A stretch of DNA of 54,871 bases from Candidatus Cloacimonadia bacterium (GTDB taxonomy: Bacteria; Cloacimonadota; Cloacimonadia; JGIOTU-2; JBNGDW01): the NCBI GenBank assembly GCA_049975325.1, contig JBNGDW010000001.1:1-54871 (forward strand). The letters run 5' to 3'. Shown piece by piece: positions 1 through 8,785 of the stretch; the stretch's first letter is position 1, and every line of letters starts with the position of its first letter. The notes beneath the pieces are model-generated. The model was not told the DNA's origin and did no database searches. It saw nothing but the letters and a program-made list of their open reading frames with translations. Both the position numbers and the translations under genes were made by a program.

Positions 1-1
1 G

Positions 2-310
2 TATAGGTATATGTATATGAATCAAGGGGTGAAAGTTTCGGAAAAATGTTTTGATAAAATACATACTGAGGCTGTCTTGGGTGATGTGGTCGATTTTGAC
101 AACATTGAACCAACATATTCCGGCATAGATTCAGTCCAGGTCGGGGATGTGTGGTATATATTCAATATACATACTCATTATACTGATGAGTCTGGAAATG
201 ATGTAGCAGGTCCAAGCGACTATCAGCGGGTTGATGTAAAAGTCTGGACTAACCCTTTTGTTATAATTGATACACTTAGATTTGATAACCTTTTTAAGAG
301 ATCTTCATAG
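2..310 (+). CDS. Hypothetical protein, probably the C-terminal part of a gene that starts upstream of the window (first ATG at 11). Its position suggests a pilus-operon or minor-pilin gene.
   Basis: The frame is open from nt 2 to the stop at 308-310. The next pseudopilin-like gene starts 9 nt downstream. No recognisable motif. Confidence 0.3.
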   Translation, partial: YRYMYMNQGVKVSEKCFDKIHTEAVLGDVVDFDNIEPTYSGIDSVQVGDVWYIFNIHTHYTDESGNDVAGPSDYQRVDVKVWTNPFVIIDTLRFDNLFKRSS

Positions 311-319
311 GATTATAAA

Positions 320-895
320 ATGGGAAGCCTTTTAGAAGCAATTTTTACATTATCGGTTGGAGGATTATTCCTTATTGCAATGATGACATCGCTTGTCAAC
401 CTTCAGGCATCAGCCCAGGATACCAGCTTTCAAGCCACGCTTAACAGTGTGGCAGAAGTTCAGTATCGAGAAATTTATGACCATCTCGGGAAAGTAGGTG
501 TCTTGATCGAAGACCAGCCGATATTGGCTGCTGAACCTGATAATTTCGTATTTCAAACTAAGTGGGATATAGTTGGTGACAGTTTGAGTAGCGATACAAA
601 CAGAGTAAGTATATCTCTGGGTGATAGTACCGATACGGGCTATCCGGTTGTAACTAAGCAGAATGGTAACCCTTTACCCAAGTCAGATGCTCCTATCTGG
701 TTAAAAGATATGACATTTACATATTTTGATATTAATGAAAATAGAATTGTTACACCAGATGATTCTTTAGATTTTATTCGCTCTGTAAGAGTCGATCTTG
801 AATTTTTCTGGCAAGGTAGTTATACAGGACCGGGAGAAAGGAGAGTTGGTACATTTCTTACTTTTTGGAAGTATTTTACAAATTTATATCTATAG
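320..895 (+). CDS. Prepilin-like (pseudopilin/minor pilin) protein
   Basis: The N-terminus MGSLLEAIFTLSVGGLFLIAMM has a very short leader, a Glu, then a ~20 aa hydrophobic helix, as in type IV pilin-like proteins. The gene is tightly packed in the pilus operon. The leader is atypically short. Confidence 0.45.
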   Translation: MGSLLEAIFTLSVGGLFLIAMMTSLVNLQASAQDTSFQATLNSVAEVQYREIYDHLGKVGVLIEDQPILAAEPDNFVFQTKWDIVGDSLSSDTNRVSISLGDSTDTGYPVVTKQNGNPLPKSDAPIWLKDMTFTYFDINENRIVTPDDSLDFIRSVRVDLEFFWQGSYTGPGERRVGTFLTFWKYFTNLYL

Positions 896-904
896 GAGGT
901 AAAA

Positions 905-2101
905 ATGGCAAGAACAATGTTAATAGGCGTAATAGTTATTGCTGTTATATTAACAGGAGTAGCCGTCAATATGCAAAAGCGGGTTTCTTCTTTACCTGAG
1001 AGGCTAACAGAAAATGTCGATTTGGCAAGGTCGAAAAATCTGAGAGATTTCGTTCTACAATATGCAGTGGAAGAGGCGCGCTCTCTGGAGGAAGAGGAAA
1101 GCTGGGTAAGCGAAGGAATCTTTCATAAAATAATTGATAGCGATTTCAAAGAAAGACTGTCTGAGTACTATGGTGGTACTGTAGATACTATTAGATATTT
1201 TGCGCTTGATACTGAAAAGGATAGCATTAGAATAAGTATGACTATAAAGCGAAGGATAGGCTCACGATTGTTCTCTGAGAAAGCACAAACTGAGATAGTA
1301 TACAAACTTAATGAGCATCCTGAGGAAGAACAGGTTGGGTATAGTTTTGATGAAGCTCACCCTGATAGTGTATTTGATAGTTCAGGAAAGGGCAATCACG
1401 GCATACTCGGGGATGGAAATCCGGATTATTATCCTGAGAGAACTGAACATGGTAAGAATAATTCTGCACTTGACTTTGATGGAGACAATGATTATGTAAA
1501 TGCTGGAACAGGAATTTTATCAGAAGATGACGAAGGATTAACAGTCGCGACCTGGGTGAACTTCGGTGATATTGGTACTGATTGGGGTGTTATAGCTGCT
1601 GAATTTAAATCCCCAGGTGATCCTTATCCTGTTTGGGCAATCAGGGCTCGAAAGACGGAGTCCTTCCTTTTTCTTCCTGCTACAATTAAACTGGCATTTG
1701 ATGTGTGTGATGAAAGTGGATTTTTCCCCTATAGTGAGGTTAGTGTTACGAAAACTGAGTACTCAATGGATTTCAATGCCTGGAACTATGTAGTTGCAAC
1801 TTATGAAGAAAAATTTGGGTCTGATGACGCGGTGATTACCATTTCTGTACTTTCAGCAGATGGAGCGGAGATAGGCTCGGATAAAAAGACAATAGATACT
1901 TGGAAAGGCAGAACTGAAGATAGCTATGTGACAATTGGAGGTAAAAGAACACGTATACCACTTATTGGTAAGTTGTTCTGTACTAATGCTCGAGTAGATG
2001 AAGTAAAAATCTTAAACAGAGCGGTGAATGCTAATGAAATTAAAGACCTGTGTCTGTATAATGGGATAAAGGAATCAAGGATAGCATACTGGATCTATTA
2101 G
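905..2101 (+). CDS. Membrane-anchored LamG (concanavalin A-like lectin) domain protein with a PilX-like N-terminal helix; candidate pilus-associated adhesin
   Basis: GGAGG RBS upstream. N-terminal hydrophobic helix MLIGVIVIAVILTGVAV. The block GYSFDE..DSSGKGNHG..NSALDFDGDNDYV..LTVATWV is typical of the Laminin_G_3 family. Confidence 0.6.
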   Translation: MARTMLIGVIVIAVILTGVAVNMQKRVSSLPERLTENVDLARSKNLRDFVLQYAVEEARSLEEEESWVSEGIFHKIIDSDFKERLSEYYGGTVDTIRYFALDTEKDSIRISMTIKRRIGSRLFSEKAQTEIVYKLNEHPEEEQVGYSFDEAHPDSVFDSSGKGNHGILGDGNPDYYPERTEHGKNNSALDFDGDNDYVNAGTGILSEDDEGLTVATWVNFGDIGTDWGVIAAEFKSPGDPYPVWAIRARKTESFLFLPATIKLAFDVCDESGFFPYSEVSVTKTEYSMDFNAWNYVVATYEEKFGSDDAVITISVLSADGAEIGSDKKTIDTWKGRTEDSYVTIGGKRTRIPLIGKLFCTNARVDEVKILNRAVNANEIKDLCLYNGIKESRIAYWIY

Positions 2102-2177
2102 CAATATCCTGTTCCTTGAAGAATTGATTTAACTTTTAAATATTGAAAGCAGTGTGATGTTTTAAGAGGGTTACATT

Positions 2178-2471
2178 ATGAATAGTCAGGAAGATTTGGT
2201 TCGCAAATATGAAGAGGTGGTTGAAGTGGCTGCTTCAATTGCGGGTATTGACCATGACATCAATAATCAGTTAACCGTATTTTCACTTTTACAGAGAAGA
2301 TTACAAAAGGCAGGTGAAGAATATAATGATGAGAAATTGTTAAGAAGCAGTAAGCAGGTGGCTGAAGCGCTGGAAAATATTGAAAATATCTTGAGCAGGT
2401 TACAGGATTTAAAGAGATTAGAATTAATAAAGGAAAAAAGAGGAAAATTAAGAATTAAGGATAAAAAGTAA
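2178..2471 (+). CDS. Stand-alone DHp (HisKA-like) helical-hairpin protein with an H-box and no ATPase domain
   Basis: AGIDHDINNQLTV closely resembles the H-box GGIAHDFNNMLTV of the hybrid kinase at 15990..21056. The rest of the protein looks coiled-coil. Its stop overlaps the next gene's start (TAATG at 2469-2473). Confidence 0.55.
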   Translation: MNSQEDLVRKYEEVVEVAASIAGIDHDINNQLTVFSLLQRRLQKAGEEYNDEKLLRSSKQVAEALENIENILSRLQDLKRLELIKEKRGKLRIKDKK

Positions 2472-3322
2472 TGGAGAATCATATTTTAGTTGTTGACGAC
2501 GAAGAGAATATAAGAACCCTGTGTAAGGAAATCCTTGAAGAGGAGGGATATAAAGCTACATTAGCAGCAGATGGCAAGGATGCTCTTGCAAAGATGAACC
2601 GCGATTATTTCGATCTATATTTAGTTGATATGGTTATGCCTTATATGGATGGTCTTGAACTTATCAAACGAATTAAAGAAAGGCAACCACTTGCTGTAAT
2701 TATAGTCACAACAGGATACTCAAGTATTGAAGGGGCTGTAAAGGCTGTGCATGCTGGAGCATTTCAATATATTGCTAAACCTATCAATCCACAAGAACTT
2801 CTTGAAACGGTAAGCAGAGGATTACAATATGGAGAAGAGCTATATGGACCTTTTCAAAAAATAACTGCGACTGAGAGGCCAAAAACGGCAGACCCTATTT
2901 TGCTTCATGGTTTCTCTGCTCGGGAAAGGGGGGAGTTCCTCGCTCTCGGAATTGTAAAAGAATACAATGGCGGAGATACTATTCCTATCCAAAATAACGA
3001 GCCAGGTCCTATTATAATGGTAGAAGAAGGCGAGATCTCTGTCTGGCTTAGCAATACTTCAATTGACTCTCTTGGAAAGACAGATTCCTGGGGCGAAGAG
3101 GCTTTCGTTCTTGCAGACCCTATCACGGCAACTTTACGAGCCGAGCTTCCTACTAAAGTACGCCATTTTACTCCTCAAAAGCTAACCGAATTCTTTAACT
3201 CCCAAAAGGATCGTCTGAAGAATCAGTTTATGGCAAATATAATTAGTTCAATATTTTATAAGTGGAGAAAATCTGTGCAAAGAATTGTAATGCTAAAACT
3301 TATTACCGGGGAAAATAGATGA
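2471..3322 (+). CDS. Response regulator: receiver domain fused to a cyclic-nucleotide-binding-like (CAP effector) domain
   Basis: REC motifs VVDDEE, LVDMVMPYMDG, IVTTGYSS and YIAKP. The C-terminal half has the pattern GDTI..EEGEISVW..SWGEEAFV..TATLRA, which matches the cNMP-binding beta-barrel layout. Confidence 0.8.
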   Translation: MENHILVVDDEENIRTLCKEILEEEGYKATLAADGKDALAKMNRDYFDLYLVDMVMPYMDGLELIKRIKERQPLAVIIVTTGYSSIEGAVKAVHAGAFQYIAKPINPQELLETVSRGLQYGEELYGPFQKITATERPKTADPILLHGFSARERGEFLALGIVKEYNGGDTIPIQNNEPGPIIMVEEGEISVWLSNTSIDSLGKTDSWGEEAFVLADPITATLRAELPTKVRHFTPQKLTEFFNSQKDRLKNQFMANIISSIFYKWRKSVQRIVMLKLITGENR

Positions 3323-3376
3323 CATGGTCTTGTTTTGAAAATAGGATATCATTATTGTAGAAAAGGAGAATAGAAG

Positions 3377-4591
3377 ATGGGTCTTTCTTTTACATCTGAA
3401 ATGCGGATAACCCTTCCTGAATACCTTTCTGGTACCAATCGCTTCCAAAACATCAACAAGATGTTAACATATAATTTGAATTGGAAGCAAGAGGCGTTTG
3501 ATCATCTGCGGCGCCTTCTAAAACATATGAGAGATATAGATGCCTCGGATATAGACTTCGGTGGACCTGGTTCAAATGGCAAAATATGGTATAGAGTATA
3601 TGGGCAGAAAAAACCTGACGATACTATGCCTCAATATAATTCTGATGAGGTTGTAGCAATATTACTCAGTGCTCTTTCTGATGAACAAAAGATCACCCTC
3701 TTCCAAAATAAAAATGTAGATTTCTCTTTCTCTATTTCGTTTGATGAAAAATCAATTCAAAGTCGTTTTCGGGGTGATATTTATTATGAATCAAATACAC
3801 TTGCCGTAAATTTTAGACGGATAAATGAGAAAATTTTCCCCATAGATAGCCTCGGTTTTCCACCTCCAATTATAAAACGACTTGATTTACAATATGAAAA
3901 AGCAGGCCTTGTTTTAGTAACCGGCATCACTGGTTCAGGGAAAAGTACTACTTTAGATTCCATAGTTGACATGAATAACCATAATAATCATGCGCATATT
4001 GTTATTATTGGGGATCCCATTGAATATATCCATAAATCAGACAAATCTGTTATCAGACATCGTGAAGTTGGTCAAGATGTATTAGGGTTCCGTGATGGTA
4101 CTATTCAAGCACTCAGACAAGACCCGGATATAATTGTGGTGGGAGAGATGAGGGATGCACCGACTATTGCAGCTGTGCTGGAAGCGACAGATGCCGGCCA
4201 TAAAGTATTTACAACCTTACATACAAACTCCGCAGTAGAGAGTCTACATAGAATAATTGCTGAGTTTCCACCAAACGAGCAAGATCGTGTAAGGATGAGA
4301 TTGGCTGATATAGTTAAGGTAATTATATCACAAAAATTGGTGCCAAATCGGGAAGGACAACTAACTCTGGCAAAGGAAATCCTCTCATCCAATGCTTCAA
4401 TCCAGGCCGCAATCCGGAATAAAAATATAAATGAAATCTACCAGATGATTACCCAAGGGAAAAAAGATGGAATGATAACCATGGAACAGGACCTTGCAAA
4501 TCTTGCTCAAAAGGGAATTATAACCACGAATACAGCCCTTAACTATGCAAACAGCAGGAAACGCGTGGAAAGCATTATATCTTATCAATAA
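3377..4591 (+). CDS. pilT: Type IV pilus retraction ATPase, PilT/PilU family (N-terminally extended)
   Basis: Walker A GITGSGKST, Asp box GDPIEY, Walker B DPDIIVVGEMRD, His box TLHTNSA, and an AAIRN motif. GGAG RBS upstream. Confidence 0.85.
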   Translation: MGLSFTSEMRITLPEYLSGTNRFQNINKMLTYNLNWKQEAFDHLRRLLKHMRDIDASDIDFGGPGSNGKIWYRVYGQKKPDDTMPQYNSDEVVAILLSALSDEQKITLFQNKNVDFSFSISFDEKSIQSRFRGDIYYESNTLAVNFRRINEKIFPIDSLGFPPPIIKRLDLQYEKAGLVLVTGITGSGKSTTLDSIVDMNNHNNHAHIVIIGDPIEYIHKSDKSVIRHREVGQDVLGFRDGTIQALRQDPDIIVVGEMRDAPTIAAVLEATDAGHKVFTTLHTNSAVESLHRIIAEFPPNEQDRVRMRLADIVKVIISQKLVPNREGQLTLAKEILSSNASIQAAIRNKNINEIYQMITQGKKDGMITMEQDLANLAQKGIITTNTALNYANSRKRVESIISYQ

Positions 4592-4594
4592 CTA

Positions 4595-6673
4595 ATGATG
4601 AAATCAAAACAAAAACGATTGGCTTACGGACTCTATCAAGATGGGCTTTCAATTAAGCTCGCAGAGTTGACACTTAGCAATAATAAAGTAACCATAAAGC
4701 GACTTGCTCGAGCCATGCTACCAGCAGCATTATATGAAGAGGTAGCAGAACTTCCTCCAGATTTAGAAAGTATAGAGGAAAATCTTGAAATTCCCGCTAT
4801 AACTGATATAGTTGAACCAGAATCCAGTGAACACCCCCAAAAGGGAGAAGAAGAAAGACCTAAAACAGCCAAAGCCGCTTTACAAGAATTTCTCTTGCCC
4901 TTTTCTCTCGAACGAGGGAGAATAGCACTTAATGCAAAAGAAGAAAATGTCTCCTACCATACCCTTACCCTTGAGCCCATAACTACCAACCCCAAAAGTA
5001 TCAAGAAACAAATCCAACGGGAATTATTGGAAGAGCCAGATGTGCATTTGAATAACACCACCTTTGATTATGTCCATGATGTAGAGGGAAATATAACTGC
5101 GATTTTACACCGAGGAAAATGCGAACTTCTTAATGCGTTGCGGGAAATTAATAAAATTATAGCAAAGAAGAAATTTTTCTTCAGCTCAATGGTCCCAAAC
5201 GAAATAGCCCTTATGAATCTTGTCCGAAGAAGCTATGTACCGAAGGATGAAGAATATACCTGGATTGTGTATGTTGACAAAGAGTATAAAGCCTGCATCG
5301 TTATGAAAGGAAGAGATTATGTAAGGTCTTTCCCAATTATCATTACCGGGATAAGCGAGAATAGAGGAATAAAAGAGATTGTATTCTCAAAATTGATGAT
5401 GGAACAGGATGTCTCAAATTTTCCACTTCCTCAATATCTCTTACTTGGCGGCGATAATGTATCTGAGGAGATTGCACAATTTTTCCAGGAAAAATATCCA
5501 AAGGCTTTGGTGGAAATACTCAGCATACAGAATGCTGAGGTCCATGTAAATAATGGCGAGATAACCAAAGCGCAGATAGGAGAATATGCGATTCCGATAG
5601 CCTTGGCTTGGCAGACCCTGGAACCGCAAAATGAAGACTTTTTCCAGATAAATCTACTATCTGAAAACATAGTAGAAGAGCAGAAGCATTTCAAGATTGC
5701 CTGGCATGGATTCCTTGTTATGGGAGCAATATTTTTCTTTGCATTTACGGGCACGTGGCAATATGAAACCAATATACAGCAAATAAACGAAGCAAGATCA
5801 CGCAACCTCGCAAAGGAAACCGAACTCATTCAATACAAAGGTTTAGCAAACCAAATTGAAAAACTTCAAAAAGAAATTGCCATTCAGGAACAAAGGATGG
5901 AGAAAACCAAAAATCTTACAGAAGATAGAAACCTCTGGTATTATATTCTATACCAAATAGCAGATTCAATTACAACTGCTCAGCTTACCTGGCTAAACGA
6001 TATAAGGGCAGAGGAGAACGGGTTTAGAGTAAATGGATACACTGGAGAGCGTTCAAATATTCTTGGCTTTTCAAAATTTTTTCCAAACGGGAAAATCAAC
6101 TATTTTAACAACCTTGAAATACTTGATGTCCCTATATATGAGTTTAGTTTAAATTTCTCGTATCCCACCAGTGAATCCGCAAAGATAAATCTCCCAAAAA
6201 CTATTTCTACAGTTGTAAACTATCAAGTGGATAAACCGACAATTAAACAGAAACAGGAAGTAATGGCTCTCCTATCCGAAGACGCAACCAAAGATTTAGA
6301 TGAAATTGAAGGGTATTACCTTAGTATTTCCCAAAAATATCTAGAGGGAGGAGATATTAATGAAGTTTACAACAGCCTGGTGCAATTTGTGAAAGATTAC
6401 CCTGAACACCCGCTTGCATATAATGCTCAATATCTTATGGGAGAATGCTTATATCAATTAGGTGGAATTGACGAGGCTATCACTCAATTTGAACTTGTGT
6501 TGCAATATGAGGGCCCGAAACTCCCCGATGCACTTATGATGCTTGGAAATTGTTACATGAAAAAGAATCTCCCTAATATGGCTCTAGTTTATTGGAATCA
6601 ACTAATACAAAATTTCCCTGAAAATAACTTGGCATCTATAGCCAAAACTAAAGTCGATGCACTAAAACATTAG
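4595..6673 (+). CDS. Fusion protein: PilM-like cytoplasmic domain, single TM plus PilN-like coiled-coil region, and C-terminal TPR (YbgF/PilF-like) domain
   Basis: PilM-like start (YGLYQDGLSIKLAEL). TM segment FLVMGAIFFFAFTGTW at nt ~5699-5758. A coiled coil and a PilN-like block follow. C-terminal TPR repeats (AQYLMGECLYQLGGIDEAITQFE.., ALMMLGNCYMKKN..). Confidence 0.55.
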   Translation: MMKSKQKRLAYGLYQDGLSIKLAELTLSNNKVTIKRLARAMLPAALYEEVAELPPDLESIEENLEIPAITDIVEPESSEHPQKGEEERPKTAKAALQEFLLPFSLERGRIALNAKEENVSYHTLTLEPITTNPKSIKKQIQRELLEEPDVHLNNTTFDYVHDVEGNITAILHRGKCELLNALREINKIIAKKKFFFSSMVPNEIALMNLVRRSYVPKDEEYTWIVYVDKEYKACIVMKGRDYVRSFPIIITGISENRGIKEIVFSKLMMEQDVSNFPLPQYLLLGGDNVSEEIAQFFQEKYPKALVEILSIQNAEVHVNNGEITKAQIGEYAIPIALAWQTLEPQNEDFFQINLLSENIVEEQKHFKIAWHGFLVMGAIFFFAFTGTWQYETNIQQINEARSRNLAKETELIQYKGLANQIEKLQKEIAIQEQRMEKTKNLTEDRNLWYYILYQIADSITTAQLTWLNDIRAEENGFRVNGYTGERSNILGFSKFFPNGKINYFNNLEILDVPIYEFSLNFSYPTSESAKINLPKTISTVVNYQVDKPTIKQKQEVMALLSEDATKDLDEIEGYYLSISQKYLEGGDINEVYNSLVQFVKDYPEHPLAYNAQYLMGECLYQLGGIDEAITQFELVLQYEGPKLPDALMMLGNCYMKKNLPNMALVYWNQLIQNFPENNLASIAKTKVDALKH

Positions 6674-6683
6674 GGAAAATAAA

Positions 6684-7556
6684 ATGTCATATAAAGTAAG
6701 GAATACTGTAGTACTGCTTGTTTTACTTGTAATTGTTATTATTGGCAGTATTGCGGTCAACATAGGTAATGAGAGAACCCTTTCTGCACTTAATAAAGAA
6801 TATGAAAATATTACAAAAGATCTAGAGCAACTGCAGAACTTCATGAGACAGGCAAAAAGTGAAGCTGAGATGAAAGAGATTTTGAGGGAACTTCAAGAAG
6901 AGGCAATAAGAATTCGCAAAGTTATTCCAAAATACAATGACCCCACCCAAACATACCAATATTTAATTCGAATCTCCGAATTATATGCTCCAGATATAAC
7001 CTTTGATTTCAGAACTATGACGGGCGGAGGTGAAAATGAGACATCGTATAACGAATATTCTATTTCGGGCACATCCACATTTGAATCGCTTTACAACTTA
7101 ATCTACCAACTTGAAAATCAACCCCTATTATACACTGTTGAGTCTCTTACTATTACAGGAGCCGCATCTCAGGAGCCTGAGTTAATTAGATTTTCTTTTG
7201 CTATTCGTGCATACTACGATAATCAAAATGGAACAGAACTAAATGAAATCCCACTTCACAATCTCATAATTCCGCTGGTGAATTCTGATCCATTTTATCC
7301 CAAGATTCACGCACCTCATGAAGAACCACAACCAAGTTTACTCGATATCGACAATATTACAATTATCGGTCTCTCCCCAGATATGGCGTTTGTCCAAGAT
7401 GCTGGGGGGAGAATTCATGTATTAGAACCACAAGATAGGGTCTCCTATGGCTACCTTGATTATATAGACTGGGAAAGACAAGCAGCTGTTTTTACGATTA
7501 ACAAAATCGGTATACCACAAGAGATTACACTCTATTTAGATAAGGCAAAACTATGA
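6684..7556 (+). CDS. PilO-like protein (TM plus coiled coil plus alpha/beta domain) with a PilP-like C-terminal beta domain
   Basis: N-terminal TM VVLLVLLVIVIIGSIAV followed by a coiled coil. The C-terminal part has SDPFYP, then ITIIGLSPDMAFVQDAGGRIHVLEPQDRV..GYLDYI, which resembles the PilP core pattern. Confidence 0.5.
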   Translation: MSYKVRNTVVLLVLLVIVIIGSIAVNIGNERTLSALNKEYENITKDLEQLQNFMRQAKSEAEMKEILRELQEEAIRIRKVIPKYNDPTQTYQYLIRISELYAPDITFDFRTMTGGGENETSYNEYSISGTSTFESLYNLIYQLENQPLLYTVESLTITGAASQEPELIRFSFAIRAYYDNQNGTELNEIPLHNLIIPLVNSDPFYPKIHAPHEEPQPSLLDIDNITIIGLSPDMAFVQDAGGRIHVLEPQDRVSYGYLDYIDWERQAAVFTINKIGIPQEITLYLDKAKL

Positions 7557-8785
7557 AAAGATATACTATACTTAAAGATAACAGAATTTACTTTATTGTA
7601 AATAGTTTTGTCCTTTTTTTGCTTTTATTGCAAATTTCCTGGGCAAACACTACTTACTCTCCTACGGAATTGATAACAATCTCAAAGGAGACAAGCCTTC
7701 CTGCAGCTCTGACAGCGCTTGAAGCCAAGTCTCAACAGTTTGAAAATCGGAAAATTCTTAATCTTAGCAGTTATAAAGGGCCAATTGAAATTCCCATTAA
7801 TCAAGTATACTGGAAAGAGGCTCTGAGCACTATCACCAAGTTTCATGAACTCGACATGGAAGTTAAACCCGGGGTATATATAATAAAAGACTATATACCA
7901 CCTGAGATTGAGGTTGAAGAAGAGGAGATAACCCCGGACACTAAGCAGGTTAAAATAAGCGCTATATTTTTTAAAGCTGATAAGTCTGCTCTAAATAGCC
8001 TGGGAATTGATTGGTCTACATTTTCAAATGGTGATGTAGTTATATCAGCGGAGTTCAAGGGTGCAAGCCGGGTGGCTGATGATATATTAAGTATTAGTGG
8101 TTCCACCACAGTTGAGTCAGGTAATATAACCGTTGATGTAAATGCCCTTTTACGTGTATTAGAAGCAAACCAGGTAGGCACAATTATGGCCAGACCGAAC
8201 ATAACAGTAATGTCCGGGAAGAAAGGTTATGTGCAAGTTGGTGAAGATTTTTCAGTAAAAACACTGGATGAAGCTGGAAATATTACAGAAGAGTTCTTTT
8301 CTGCTGGCATAATACTCGAAGTCACGCCTACAGTCGTAAAAAAAGGAGATACAGAGGCAATACATCTCGTTACTCGTGTAGAAAGGAGCTCAGCTACACC
8401 TGGAGAAATAAGTACTATTATAGCAAAAAGCCAGTCTACAACAGAAGTTGTACTATTTGATGGTGAGGAAACCGTTATAGCAGGCCTATATAATACTGAA
8501 GACAAGGTTATGAGAAGCGGCATACCATTCCTGAAAGATCTCCCCTGGTGGGTATTTGGCATACGATATCTCTCAGGATATGATAGAGTAGAAAAAGTTA
8601 CCAGTGAAATGATTATCATCCTTAAAGCCGAGATAGTAGAACCTATTGAGGTACGAAAAGAAAGAGGCATATCTACTCAGGAAAAAATCAGAAAAATGCG
8701 AGAAGATAGAGGCTATATAGATACTTTATTTAATGAGGAGACAAAACCGCCAAATGAAGAAGCTAAAGATAAAGATAGAAAATAA
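7553..8785 (+). CDS. pilQ: Secretin family outer-membrane channel (short PilQ-like)
   Basis: ARPNITVMSGKKGYVQVGEDFS and the C-terminal SGIPFLKDLPWWVFGIRYL are hallmark secretin-domain motifs. ATGA start/stop overlap with the upstream gene. Confidence 0.8.
   Translation: MKRYTILKDNRIYFIVNSFVLFLLLLQISWANTTYSPTELITISKETSLPAALTALEAKSQQFENRKILNLSSYKGPIEIPINQVYWKEALSTITKFHELDMEVKPGVYIIKDYIPPEIEVEEEEITPDTKQVKISAIFFKADKSALNSLGIDWSTFSNGDVVISAEFKGASRVADDILSISGSTTVESGNITVDVNALLRVLEANQVGTIMARPNITVMSGKKGYVQVGEDFSVKTLDEAGNITEEFFSAGIILEVTPTVVKKGDTEAIHLVTRVERSSATPGEISTIIAKSQSTTEVVLFDGEETVIAGLYNTEDKVMRSGIPFLKDLPWWVFGIRYLSGYDRVEKVTSEMIIILKAEIVEPIEVRKERGISTQEKIRKMREDRGYIDTLFNEETKPPNEEAKDKDRK

Noticed and set aside
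8227-8670. Long antisense ORFs inside well-supported genes (for example 8227..8670 -, 5431..5829 -, 19715..20098 -, 25908..26351 -, 41615..42028 -, 44262..44672 +, 54094..54567 +).
   Set aside because: Each lies entirely within, and opposite to, a CDS with strong family motifs. Their translations are compositionally odd (Ser/Phe/Ile/Cys-rich), and none has an RBS or a recognisable motif.
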